Origin: Glycera tridactyla
Lineage: Eukaryota
Assembly (NCBI GenBank): GCA_965644265.1
Contig: OZ286461.1
Location: 65,410,001-65,474,000, forward strand
DNA: 64,000 nucleotides
Direction: 5' to 3'
Below the pieces are notes generated by a model. That model ran no database searches. It was given only the letters and a program-made list of their open reading frames with translations, and was not told where the DNA came from. Position 1 is the first letter of the stretch. Each line of letters opens with the position of its first letter. A program made the position numbers and the translations under genes. Shown piece by piece: positions 27,050 to 40,200 of the stretch.

Positions 27050-27265
27050 ACAGGGGTGATCTTGATGTGACCAAATATATTATTTTGATCAATTATCTCA
27101 TGAGACATGGATGATTCTAATTCGACCGAATATCTCACGAGGCAGAGGTCATCTGAATTTGACCAAATATCCTAATTCGACCAAATATACCATGAGGCAT
27201 AGATGATCCTAATTTGAACAAGATCCAATGCGACAGAGGTGATCTTAATTCTACCAAATATCCCA
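27050..27265 (+). repeat. Degenerate ~36-38-bp minisatellite (~5-6 units)
   Basis: The motif GAGGTGATC(C/T)TAATT(T/C)GACCAAATATC recurs. Confidence 0.7.
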
Positions 27266-27739
27266 GCGCCTGATAGCCAGGCGTTTGCGAGACAGTTTAG
27301 ATGAAGTGGCATGATCAAGGCCATGAATGAGGATGTCGAATGTGGCAGGGGTGAGGAGGAGACTCCATCTAATGTGTGTTGTTTGTTTCATTAGACGCAA
27401 AAATGTGACAACTGATCTTTTGCTCTAGCATGGCTGCGGTGCTTCAACTGGCCAGTTAGATGGCAATGTTTGCCGAGTAAACACTGATTATGTATCGTCC
27501 GGCTGCATTATAGACCATTGGTGTCTCCTTTATGATCGCATGTCAGTCTCCAAGAGGTTCTAGTTGAACAAACACTGGGAGAGAGGTTGCTGGGTAGTGT
27601 CTCATAACTCAGAATCAGCAGCTTTGGTGAGTACGAGTTGGCAGTCGGAGAATATCAAGTGGGAATCTGACTGGCTATGCAGTAAGGATTACCGTATTGT
27701 TACGTGGTTACGTGATCACCAACATTACGTGGTGTAAAT

Positions 27740-28190
27740 AGATAAATTAACGAATGGATGAATAGATGGATGAATCAATTAATGAAAAAGATTGAGACAA
27801 ATGAATAAATGAGTGAATAAATGTATAGACAAATCAGAGAGGAAATGAAATGAAGATGTGAATAAATTATTTCAACAAATGATCGATTGATAAATCAATT
27901 GATCGATTGAGTAAAAATTGAATACAATGATGGGGGGTTGGATGAATGAATGAATGGAATAATGAGTAGATACATAAATATGAAAAAGGAAAAAGAATGA
28001 ATAATTGAACGAGAGAGAAAGATGAACAAATGAATGGATGAATAACTTAGTAAATGAATAAATAGATGGATGGATAAGAATATCGATACATTGGTAAAGA
28101 AATAGATGAATAATAAATAGATGAATAACTCAATACACTGATAGATGGTAGAATGAACGAAAATGAAAGAATAAAAAATGAATGAGTCGA
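27740..28190. repeat. Degenerate (GAAT/GGAT/AAAT)n purine-rich tract
   Basis: Read directly from the sequence. Confidence 0.85.
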
Positions 28191-28835
28191 TCCGATTAGC
28201 TCAACATTCCACATGAGGCCCCTCATAATTGTGTCCCGTCAATCTTGATCCAATCGCCCCCCCCCCCTTCTCACCGCTTCACCGAATGTGAATCAAATGC
28301 TCTCCAATTCGTGGTGCATGTTACATCACACCGCACCTGTTGGCATGGGGCAGTGTGTTACATTGATGGAAAGTGCATGGTACACCGCTCGCTACCTGAC
28401 CCTCGGTGAAGAGAGCAGGAAAAGGGGCAGAAACAGAGGCAAAAAAGTAAGGGATGCACGGGCAGAAAAACAGATGGGGAGACAGGCAGACAGANNNNNN
28501 NNNNNNNNNNNNNNNNNNNNNNNNNNNNNNNNNNNNNNNNNNNNNNNNNNNNNNNNNNNNNNNNNNNNNNNNNNNNNNNNNNNNNNNNNNNNNNNNNNNN
28601 NNNNNNNNNNNNNNNNNNNNNNNNNNNNNNNNNNNNNNNNNNNNNNNNNNNNNNNNNNNNNNNNNNNNNNNNNNNNNNNNNNNNNNNNNNNNNNNNNNNN
28701 NNNNNNNNNNNNNNNNNNNNNNNNNNNNNNNNNNNNNNNNNNNNNNNNNNNNNNNNNNNNNNNNNNNNNNNNNNNNNNNNNNNNNNNNNGGGAGGGAGAG
28801 GAGCAGAGGCAGGGAGAGAGAGTTTCATCTTGTAG

Positions 28836-28909
28836 GGTTGCCCCTGGTCAGGCTACTAATGACTTGCTGATGGTCGCAGGACTAATCATTGCCCTCGGCC
28901 TTTCAATTA
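28836..28909 (+). CDS. Candidate exon encoding a hydrophobic segment
   Basis: The acceptor is tttcatcttgtag and the donor gtatgt. One frame is open: VAPGQATNDLLMVAGLIIALGLSI. Confidence 0.3.
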
Positions 28910-31369
28910 GTATGTGATACACTACATGTATAACCATTCGTCCGGCAACAAATGCCATGACCAGGTTGTCCATCTGACCTGATCTCTCAGCACTTGCTAT
29001 CTGAAATTGTCGAGTTGAGTGCAGACACTCCCGTTCTCAACTGAGCGGCACAGAAAACATGGCTCTTCCTTGGTTGGGTGACCAAAATGAACAATGTTCA
29101 TTCCATACCGGACCTGCACCATTACACACGTCTACAAACTTTGCTCCACAAACTGTGAAAGCACTTCTGTGTGGAGGTAAGTTAGTTGAACCACTGTAGT
29201 TCACCACCTCACTCCACCTAGGTATGAATGGGCAGGGGACTATAGGCAGTGATAGTATGTAGGCTGTAGAGTGCTTAACCTATGCAGTATATCTGAGTCA
29301 TTACCTCCACCTACTCAACATACACATATTGATGCTAAAAAGTGCGTATCTGACTATGTGACAGGCTCGAGCCTGTTAGCTCCGAAAAGGCTTTACAAAA
29401 ATCGGTGCCCTAGGCTCGCAGTACAATGCATCACTAATGCTATAATCGCAGTATTTACCAATACGGAATAGCAATTTCAACTTCGGTATCAAACACTGTA
29501 TTCCACTGGTATTTCGGAATTACTTAAATTGTCACATCATTCATGAATCTGCCACTGAGCTCGTATGAGGCACATATGCATGTTTCTGGAACTGACTATT
29601 CGATTAGATCAACGTGACATTTCCTGCAGCAATTTGCGCTATTTGAGATGATGAATTATCATCTCTCGAAGAAACCCTTGCAGGCTCATTTGTTTGAACT
29701 GGGATTTATAAGATATCTCCCTCAAATTCTGCATTTTCCAGGCTTAAGTCTCTATGTGCGAGCATAATTCCAACTTTTCAAGGATGGGCACTTCTTGTAC
29801 ATACGGCATTCGTCAGTCACATACTTTGGAGCTCTTTGCTAGAGGTCTCACCATATCTGCTGGATATTTGTGTATTCTTCAACCGGATCATCTCCATTTC
29901 TACAGCAGGAAGTGCCCTGATTGCTCTTTCGTCCTCACAGTTGGTTCATTTGATAGCAGCCTGCCTTTTGGCCAACTCTATATCACCAATGACCTTCAAA
30001 ACAAGTTGGGAGAATGTTTTACCGGTTGAAGAAAAAAAAAAGGGGCAGATCTCTCGCTATTGACTACATGTCCGCAACAGTCAACAGTTAACCAAGAAGC
30101 AAGCAAAAAGTCTCAAAGCTTCACTGTTTGAAAGTGACTGACCTTCAATGAGGGACCACCATGTCAGTACCAAGCCAACACATTGCGTCTGAATCAAGTT
30201 TAACTACTGATGAGATGGACGGCCATAGCCCCCATGCTTCTGTGCGCCATCCTACGCATACACTTTCCCATCCCTTTCGTGCCCCAACAATCACTGATGA
30301 TCCAATTAGCAGAAGTAATATCATAGAATATACTAGCAGACCTGCGAGAGAAAAGGCCCTGGATAGCCATGAGTAACACGAAGCAAAGTCATTGCGGAGC
30401 CAGTGTATTTTCAAACGGCCTATCATTCAGCGAGGCTAGAAGACACAGCAGATATGATGTGATCTCTAGCAGGTGGTCTGGGGAATGCTGTATTTGCCAT
30501 TCTTTGTAGTTTGTAGTTTCTTGCATACTCTCAAAAATGTGTAATTATGTTCACACATAGACCTCGGAAATGTGAAATCTGGTGGAGAGATGATGATAGA
30601 GATGGAACTTTTTTTTAACTTCATAATCATTCAATAGTTACTTTTTTACCTCCTTGATCGCTATTGAGAGTAAGTCTGGCAAGTCACATTGGGCGTTATG
30701 TTCGACAAGGAGCTCTCAAGACACTTAGCCCTTACAATGGGCATTGGACATGAGCCAATCATGCCCACAGGCAGTATCCCGTGACAACTTTTGCACCTAT
30801 TCCACTTCTGCCATATCCAATGAAGACTGTACTATCATAGTCCTCACATACAAGACATAGATCCTCGTCATTCTACTGCCATGATTTAGCACCAAGTCAA
30901 TTTATCACGAGAGGGAGATGCGTCACTAGTTCTCACTATCCAAAATACTTCGCATGTGGTAAAAATGAATGGAGATTGTGGGTGATGTTTTTTCTTTCAT
31001 AAGATAATGAGGTAGTAGCTCAGATAACATAGTCTGACACGAAGCCACCATTTCCCCAATAGAACACTTGATTGTCTCCTACGTCCTGCCATTGCTAATC
31101 ACATTCATCTGCCATCCAATCATTGCCTACGTCAGTGGCAGAATGGACTGATAATTGCCTTCTCATATCTGATCAGAGGCGAGCTAGAAGCAGTCACCCT
31201 CCATTCTATTGCCTTGCCGCACCAAGATGAATAGGATTCTTGCCTAACAAAACTCAAACAAGCTTTCCATTCCCTACAGAACCTTTACCTTCGAAAATCA
31301 CTTTGATCTACACTATCCGCTGAGCATGGGTCGCCCTTGACCTATGTGACAATATAAATGCCATCCATA

Positions 31370-31595
31370 ATTATTATCGTTATCACTACTATAATAATAA
31401 TTATAATAATGATAATAATTATCGATATTATCATCATCATTATTATTATCATTATTTTATTACTATCATCATCATTATAAATATTCTTATTGTTATCGCT
31501 ATTGCTATTATTAATATTATTATTATTATTATTATTATCATACTATCATTATTATAATCATAATTACTATTATCACCAATATCATTATCATTATC
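31370..31595. repeat. Degenerate (ATT/ATC)n tract
   Basis: Read directly from the sequence. Confidence 0.9.
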
Positions 31596-34529
31596 TACAC
31601 CTGAGTGGACTATAGACAGTGATGAAAACTGTTGAGGTTATCTGGTGTCCTCGGTCATATATATCCCAAAGGATGGGTCCGATGATAAATTCGATTATGG
31701 TATACAAAAAAATATACGATAAAAACTAGTAAAATAGATTGATGGTATATCCTGGTTGCTTTCCGTCATTCACCGGAATTTCTGATCCAGCTGGTGCCAC
31801 AAACGCCAAAGGAAATGTCACTCATTCCCGTCGAAAAACCTTTTCAGTGGATCTGAGTGAAGCGTCTTGGATGTGTCTCCTGGCTCTATGCACAGAATAT
31901 CTGAATAGGTTGGCTGTACATTTTTCTTGGTGTCATCAGCCAATCTCGCATCTTCATAAATATTATAGACCGGATGCGACAGGTAACGCTATATGCTTAT
32001 CCATGAAATATCTTGATATAGAGGCGCACGTAATTTGATCATGAGTACAGGCACAGACCAGAGAAAGGAACCACCGTCTAGATTTATGACGTGCAATAAC
32101 AAGATTTCGATGAAATCGAATATTATTAGCAACTCAAGTAGGTAATGCAGTTTTTGCTGTTCACAGGGATGAATAGGGCAGGTTCGGTTTGAGCCAGATA
32201 TGGCGGATGAGAGGTAGAAATCCACATCACAATTGGAACAGTTCATCAGCTCAAATAATAGATGGAATACTGTCACCATCAATACCTCAAAAACCGTTGC
32301 TACTATATATATAAGGGATCAAATGACAGTGAGACAATCTATTTCAGGTAATTCTGGCTTAGTGCAATGCTAATCCACACAACAGAGAGTTATATTCGGT
32401 GCTGATATCTTTCATTAATCACTACACTCAAACAAGCTAAAGAACATTTTTCTCAAGCTGGACTTGGCATATACGTTCAGTCTGAAGTTAAACTGAAATT
32501 TAAAAATATTTTCAGCACAAAAAATCATCAGATGTAGAATATGTGGGCTAACATTGAATTGTGCCAATCCCAAATTGTCGAGCTTGATGAGTTACACATA
32601 TCCACAACAAATATGAATGGGATGATGTAATGATGACATTGTGCCAGGCCTTGATAGGAAAGAATTGTGATAAAATCTGATTGCTATGGCAACCAGTCAA
32701 GAGATGACAACTACCAAACAGAAGTTCGAATTAACAGTTTTATTAGGCTGTGACCAATAAGGGAATGTATAATTGTCTGTACTTTCGAATGAATGGCTGG
32801 GTGTTTCAGGGTATATCTAAACCTGAACATGCATATTCAAGATTCAGTGAAAACTGTATTGACTACTTGAGAATACGTGAGGGAGTTCCTCGGTCAATTA
32901 TTTCTTGTAATCTCCAGCCTCTGAGTTCCTATATAATCCCCTCTTCGATGTGAGTGGGTGTAAAGCCTGCAACGCACCTAAGCTCTCGTAGGTTCAAAGC
33001 ACGTGGTACAATACCAAGACCCTTTGGCATGTAGTATGAGCTCCTGCCGTACAGAAACCATCAAGGTCATTGCAAATGAAGTTGTTCTATGGCATGCAGC
33101 ATTTGACCGATGCTCTTTCAAGATCCTCGACATGGACATCTCATGACATCTTATGTTTCACCCACGACATGCGTGAGGGTGTTATTGGCATTTCATGCAT
33201 TACACCGTGTGACTCAATGGCTCAGAGGGGTATTACGAGATCAACACATCCATTATCAGTACACACAATTGGAACGCCTATCAGCAATCTACATTGCAAA
33301 ATATGTTCAAGAGTGGACCCTTCAGGGGAAACACATTATTCCCCACTCGATGTAGATCAGAGAATTGATAGGCTTGGTCGCGATTAGGTGAAATTGATGA
33401 TGCTAATGAGGAGCGTGACTTGCAAGAAGACACATTCATTTCATTCCCGAGCCTGCCTGTGCGCTTTGACTCAGAAATTCCTATGGGGATCTGTCCCCAT
33501 CCAACACTGGGCCAGCCACGCTGATACGAGTTCATACTCCCATATACGTTCCCTTCAACAAAGTATGATACTGGACCCATGTCTATCATGTAGCTCTGAT
33601 GATCAGCAGATGAATGATGAAACAATGGCAGCCTAGTAGAATTTCGATGACAGGGTTCACCATCCGCGAGTCCCGGGTGAGTGTGTAGATCGATGGAGTG
33701 AGGGAGTGAGAAAAGAAGGGCAAGGGGAGGGGGTGAATGGATAGATGGATGGATGGATGTATGGATCGATGAATGGATTGAAAAGTGANNNNNNNNNNNN
33801 NNNNNNNNNNNNNNNNNNNNNNNNNNNNNNNNNNNNNNNNNNNNNNNNNNNNNNNNNNNNNNNNNNNNNNNNNNNNNNNNNNNNNNNNNNNNNNNNNNNN
33901 NNNNNNNNNNNNNNNNNNNNNNNNNNNNNNNNNNNNNNNNNNNNNNNNNNNNNNNNNNNNNNNNNNNNNNNNNNNNNNNNNNNNNNNNNNNNNNNNNNNN
34001 NCAAAGATCAAAACAGATCATCGTCAACTAGACCGTCCAGTTCGATAGGTTGAATCTGTTCATTGGATCGGGATGCATGCTTTGAAGAATATGTCTTCAT
34101 ATCTATCGTATCATCTCAAAACGCGTGTGTGCTCTTGATTACTAAGTGGATTGAAATGGTTCATTTGCTCGACATCTGAATGGTCCATTGGGACAATATA
34201 GTGACGAAACGTGAGCGGTTTGCTGGTGGGTGTCGAGTGTTTGCATATACTTATGCTCAGACATGCACTCAAAAGTAATTCGCGGTACATTTTTGAACAA
34301 CCATGTTAACCCATATGTCATCACATTCATTCCACCTGATCGTCAGAGGTTGTTTGGGAATATCTGGGACTACTTCGGGAGTGAGTGATTACTCCCATAT
34401 CCCGCCAGATGGGCGGAGGATGCTTGAAGAGAAATTGGCGAGAACAAATACTATGGTATGTGTCTTGTGATTACATTCATTATGTGAGCAGGGGCGTGGG
34501 CAAAGCAGCAAGCGCCAAGAAACCAGACT

Positions 34530-34810
34530 GCATAATCGATTGCTCCCGCGCGGTTGTTGTATGCTTATAAATAGAACACACCCGCTGTCCATTTTCTGCA
34601 GCAAAGATGGCTTTTCGTTCGCACGTACCCTGTTATCTCAAACAAACAAATATGCGCCAATCATAAAACACAGCAAACAGTATACACGACGAAGATGCCG
34701 ATTTCATGGGCGCGGCGAAGCGCCATCTGCCAGAATGATCGGGTCACAACGGGTCGTATTGCTCGTGCAGCACCACTTCCGGTTCAGTACTACTCTATGC
34801 GATTAGCCTG
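34530..34810. promoter_or_regulatory. CpG-rich putative promoter block (left half)
   Basis: CpG is locally dense in an otherwise CpG-poor window. Motifs are TATAAATA (~34567), YY1-like AAGATGGC (~34603) and GCGCCATCT (~34719), and ETS-like ACTTCCGG (34775-34782). Confidence 0.4.
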
Positions 34811-34811
34811 T

Positions 34812-34813
<2 letters not shown>

Positions 34814-34843
<30 letters not shown>
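34814..34843. repeat. (CT)n microsatellite
   Basis: Read directly from the sequence. Confidence 0.97.
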
Positions 34844-34845
<2 letters not shown>

Positions 34846-34917
34846 AGTGAAGTGATGATCAAAGAGGGAAGTCACGGTTAGAGGGAAGGTGGGCTGGGGG
34901 AAGGTAAGGTGGTGTGG

Positions 34918-35130
34918 AAGCCACAGCTCAAAGCTCAACAGCTCTCTTGGAGTTCACAGGTGAGCTATGCAGGCAAGCTGTGAAACCACGGCTCGAAGCT
35001 CGGCAACCTCTCCGACTTCACAGGCAAGCTGTGAAACCACGGTTCAAAGCTCGGCAACCCCTCCTACTTCACAGGCAAGCTGTGAAACCACGACTCAAAG
35101 CTCGGCAACCACTCCTTGAGCACTGAGTAG
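34918..35130 (+). repeat. 51-bp tandem repeat (>=3 units, runs into gap)
   Basis: CAGGCAAGCTGTGAAACCACGG starts at 34970, 35021 and 35072, with a degenerate unit before it. Confidence 0.9.
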
Positions 35131-35364
35131 NNNNNNNNNNNNNNNNNNNNNNNNNNNNNNNNNNNNNNNNNNNNNNNNNNNNNNNNNNNNNNNNNNNNNN
35201 NNNNNNNNNNNNNNNNNNNNNNNNNNNNNNNNNNNNNNNNNNNNNNNNNNNNNNNNNNNNNNNNNNATGATCTAAGGGACAAGCCACGGTTAGAGGGAAG
35301 GTGTGAAAAACAACGCCTCACGCTTCAGCGATTTACTCTCTCAGTGACTCTCTCAACGTTGTTG

Positions 35365-35441
35365 TTCACACCTTTTCCGCAGCCTTGGCTTCACACCTTT
35401 TCCGCAGCCGTGGCTTCACACCTTTTCTGCAGCCGTTGCTT
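35365..35441 (+). repeat. 25-bp tandem repeat x3
   Basis: TTCACACCTTTTCCGCAGCC starts at 35365, 35390 and 35415. Confidence 0.9.
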
Positions 35442-35489
35442 CTAGCTACTCACTTTCATTATCATATCAAACATGACTTGAGAGAGAGC

Positions 35490-35650
35490 ATCACGCTGGA
35501 TGCGTAGAGCGGAAGTGCCATTGCACGCGGCATCTCGCGCGAGAAGCGACATCTCGTGTTTTCTGCTCTTATGACTTTCGCGCGGTTTAACATGGTGTAT
35601 ATTCGAGGAGCTGTCACAGATCTGAACACCGAATTCGCATATAAGACCCA
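35490..35650. promoter_or_regulatory. CpG-rich putative promoter block (right half)
   Basis: It has an ETS-like CGGAAGTG (35510-35517) in the opposite orientation to the left block, the palindrome TCTCGCGCGAGA (35533-35544) and dense CpG. Confidence 0.4.
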
Positions 35651-36726
35651 AAGTGATATGCATCAGTCTTTCTAGAATGAGTGAATATTCCTCCGCGTGG
35701 CTGTGAAGAAAATCATGTTATTTCGACAGTGTTAACGATCAATGCCAGGCTGATTGCGAACGAATATGACCATATTGAATATATTTTCCACCACCGTGCC
35801 ACTAGGGAGAAGCATCACTAACTAGTCATAAGCTTGTAGTTCACCATGAAGTTGTGCGCTTCTTCTGCATGTTCAATAGATTTCGGTGAAAACAATGTCA
35901 TGTTGGTGATCTGCCTGACAATTCTGCTAAAAGCTGAATTTGAATTTGAATTGACTTCATTTCCACTCTCTGAGGGGAGTTTCGGAGATACAATCTTCTC
36001 CATTTTCGAATACAAATGAATCGATACATTAGACATGACAATACACGTACATACAAAGCAACAGAAATGACTAACAGTAAGTAAGAGAAATGATAAGAGT
36101 AGTACATTGACACAAATGAGCGGGTATTGAGTACACAAAAAACAAGTCTCACAATGTCACGTTAAATAGCAAGCAAAGTTGAGGGCAATGATATGGCCCC
36201 TTGAGCCGAGTGGTTTCATATCTCTAGTCGACCGTCATGTAAACACATGTACGGCCGAATGTGTGTAAACTCAAGCAACATCCAAGATGCACATGAGCCT
36301 TACGGGATGAAGGATGATTATGAATGAGGAGTGGAATTGATAGTCAACGATGAATCATGCGCGGAGGACGATGTCATACACTCCTAATGACAAATGATGA
36401 TTCATGACATGCATAGTCCATGAGATGCATCGAGGTGACCCCCCAGCTCCCGACACTATCCCCAGGCCGATTATCACAATACCCTCAGGTCCTGGGCTTT
36501 ACGGATCAAACCGACGTTTTGCTTGCATTCCCCATGAGATAACCGAATTTTAATGTATGGTTTCATATCCAAAGCAGGGTTGATATATACTCATACCCTG
36601 ACCACATCACTGAACATCTCTTCTGCGTCTTGTTGCTTGCATTTTATATAGGAGAACCATATCTTCATATGGTATCATATCCGAACCATCCGCAGATAGG
36701 CACTCACACCATCACCCAGACCTGGT

Positions 36727-36913
36727 GTGGGGGGGGGGGGGGGTGGCAGACCACTTGATAGTCTGCGACTATTAGTGTAGTGTATAGTTCACCCATAGCA
36801 GTACTGCATTCTCATCTCCCAGCCGTGGCCACCCATCCTACGGCTGACTGAAGCTACAGCTGTTCTATATTTGTGCCAAGTGTGAAGACTCTACCACTAC
36901 ACCACACAGCTCC
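36727..36913 (-). mobile_element. SINE-like repeat, copy 1 (tRNA-type A box, 5S-like internal segment, poly-C end)
   Basis: It aligns along its length with 45070-45260. The minus strand starts GGAGCTGTGTGGTGTAGTGGTAGAGTCTTC and contains GGATGGGTGGCCACGGCTGGGA. Confidence 0.6.
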
Positions 36914-37299
36914 GACAGGATAAATCACAGCAGAGGACGGAAAGTACAATGATTAGCACCGCTCAATAACAGAGGAAGTGACTGAGATGAGATCAGATGC
37001 CAGTATTCGAGGGATGATGATGATGATTAGATGATGATGATCTGTGATATCGATAATAATCGCGATAATGATCAAAAATACAATGTTGATAACTAATAAG
37101 GTGGAGATGACGATGATAAAAATTGATGAGAGTGCAGACAATGATATGATAGATGATGTTGATGATGATAATGATGCATCATATTGTATATGTGAAAGAA
37201 CATTTGCTTCCGAATCTAATGGCTGCGTCATCCTCATCACCATCGATATCATCACCATGAAAAGGACATATTATATCGAGGAAGATCCCCGAAAAATCG

Positions 37300-40200
37300 G
37301 ATAAGTGTCGATTTTATTCCACAGACAACATAAGCCGTCGTAAATGTCGTATTTAGTCAGCTCCGCATCGGAGGACATCATGCTTAAACCATATTGATTC
37401 CAACAGACCATTAGATGGAATATCCAGATCAAGCCAATCCGATTCCGCATCAAGAACGGAGAGCATTGATCGAGATGACTATCGTTTTGATAGTCCATCA
37501 CAAAGTATAACCAATCTTTCAAAGTGTGTATATCCAATGGTTAATGCGAAAGAATATAATAGCGTAAGTAACGTATTTGGGTGGAACCGGTAAAAAAGTC
37601 AAGAGAGGCAAGAGAGTCTTTCGAGAGGCCCTTTTGAAGAAAAACTGACACATGGCAGGCTGTATGAAAGACGAGAACGTCGGAACTTTCCACTTGGGAA
37701 GGTTTCTGGGCAAGATTAATGTTGGCGTATAAACAGCCACCCATGAGCCATATTAGGTATTGATCTGCTATCAAGATTTACTTGATAGTCACTTGATCTA
37801 CCACACAAAATTGAGGCGAAGAATGGAACCCATCACTCGAAATATGATCAGCACAAAAATCTAGAATGAAGTGTCATCGTGGCTTGAGCAGAATCCATTA
37901 AAAACACGTACTAAGAATCAATCACTGGAATATCATGCGTAGATGCTGCAATTGATCAGAAGCCATAATCCCATTGGCCTCCATGTCAATATATTCAAAT
38001 GACGGTCATGCTCAGGTACTATCACAAGAACGCATGATTATCAAACATAATCACGATATCTCACAAGGGGAACTGCCGTCGGATGTCACGAGGCCGCAGG
38101 CTGAGTGACATCTGACAGCAGTCCAACGAGTGATATATCGTATTTTATCCGATAATCATGCGTTCTTGTTTTTATACCACAGATAAACGATGTAATGGGC
38201 CGATAACATAGAGTATTAATCAAAAACCAAAACACTGGCGGAAACGGCCAGCATGCTATGCGTATGAAAACGAAGCCAGCGCTGCTGTAGCATTTCCCTA
38301 TGGACTGGTTGTTCAAGGCCTAGCGTCGCACGGGAATCATTGTTACCATGGTAGTGATACCATGATTACCGCCTACAATGACATCATCAAGCGTCGCAAA
38401 GGACGCTGAAATTAATAAACGCAGATCCACGAGACGTTATATAGATCATCGATTCGGCACTAATTCTCCCCAAGAAGTCATAACAAAAATCCATGTATTC
38501 ATTAGTATTCATACATTTTTTATCATTTCGTATCAATATGTCAAAATATCACTGAATCGCATCACTGATAGTATGTATTTCCAAAACCGTGGTATATTTT
38601 TCCCAATCTCCCATGGGTCTGTATCACACTGATTCGGGAGTATCTGTGGTACAATCACTTTCTTCTCCCAGAGCCTTCCCTTGACGAATGTTTGTCATAT
38701 ATCCAAGTAGGCTACCACTTTCTATGCTGGTTACCATTAGTGTCACCTGACAGATATATGAATATCCGACCTCGATGGCACAATAAGAGCCCATAGTATC
38801 CTTTCATCCCGCAAATTTGGAATTGAAATCTGTTTGCCAGTCACTGCTTGCTCATTCCTAATGGCCAAATATTGCTTCTTAAGTTGGCTTGTTTGGTTCG
38901 ATTTGGTTGAGTTTTATCGGATCATGTCCTCTCCAGTCCTCCAATCCTTGAACACAAGATGATGAAGAATCCGGCATAAATCAACAAATATACATCATGC
39001 ATGTGTACTTGCCATGATGCTGGGTTACATCTGTCAAATAGTTTGTAGAGGGGGAGAAACGCAAAACCAAACAAGATGTGAATGTTGCTGGATGTCATGA
39101 GGCTGAAGGCAGTGTGACATCCAGCGAATTTTAAGCCGAGTTTGGTATTGCGTTATCAGGTCACAGCCATATATTCTTGCTTCTATCACATGGATCAGGG
39201 AAGAATTGATCAGGAAATAATTCTGCCCAGCTGTTTTCACCTCACGGTTCCACCTAAATGCCATATTTTCTCGCTTTAATCACATGGATTAGGGAAGAAT
39301 TCATCAGCTGTGAAGTACTACACGCAATACTCAACACCTGATACTTCACTGAAGATAAAGAATGAATACTTGCAAGAAAGATGCGAGGCTAGCTATTAGC
39401 TGAGTGCATTATCAAGGTTATTGTCGAGATCAGTGTGCTAGGGAGGATTAGGATAACGGCTCAGCTGTGGATAAGCCTTCAATGGGCCGATGTTGATGGA
39501 GATGCGGCTTAGATCAGGGCATCTCTAATGACCCGGGGATTGCATGGTGGCCTTCCATGCCTCACTCACTGGAGGATTTCAACATCATACACGGCTTTGA
39601 GGTGTTTGATTTGCTATTATGTACCCTTACTCAGCTGCGAATTGTATACATTCAAGCCTGTTGTAAAGACCTTCTCTATACAACAGCCAAATGCTGCAAA
39701 GACCAAGCGACGACTGTCTCTATGAAGGTTAGATTTCCAATGAGACCACTCCTTGGTTGAGGTGAGAAGTCCTCCATGAAGAGGCCAACCTGTGCATCGA
39801 GACGCTAAGCCATGTTTGATCTCCTTTCAAGGGTTAAAAAAAAATATTACAAATGTTACGAACTGCCACGACAAGGGATCTGGTTCTGGAGCAGAACACT
39901 GATAATTTGATATCGATCGATTAACTCTGATGCACCCCGTGGCATATACCATGAAAGGTTGTTGGTTGATGGGATTATATTTACCAGCTTCAGTGAGAGT
40001 TACCTTCGTGGTGGCCAGTGCTTCTCTGACTTCATCTGGCCCAAAACTGATTTGAATCCTTCATCCGAAAACTGAGAAGAAATTGATGCTAGGTATTTCG
40101 TGAAAAGTCTACCATCCTCTCAGTACTTTCTCTCCTTGTGTTTATTACTCATGCGGGATCAATGATTGTTGCTCAATATAGCCAATTATGGCCCAGTTCA

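Noticed and set aside
30205-30235. CTGATGA followed by an ATGG/CCAT stem; also CTGATGA at ~33598 and ~56826
   Set aside because: There is no correctly placed GAAA with stems I and III, so these are not hammerheads.
34914-35126. ORF with a 17-aa repeat (HRQAVKPRLEARQPLRL)
   Set aside because: It results from a 51-bp DNA repeat whose length is a multiple of three. It has a GTG start, sits in a repeat element and has no other coding support.
34918-35441. Possible CRISPR-like array
   Set aside because: The units are contiguous tandem repeats without unique spacers, there are no cas genes and the context is eukaryotic.
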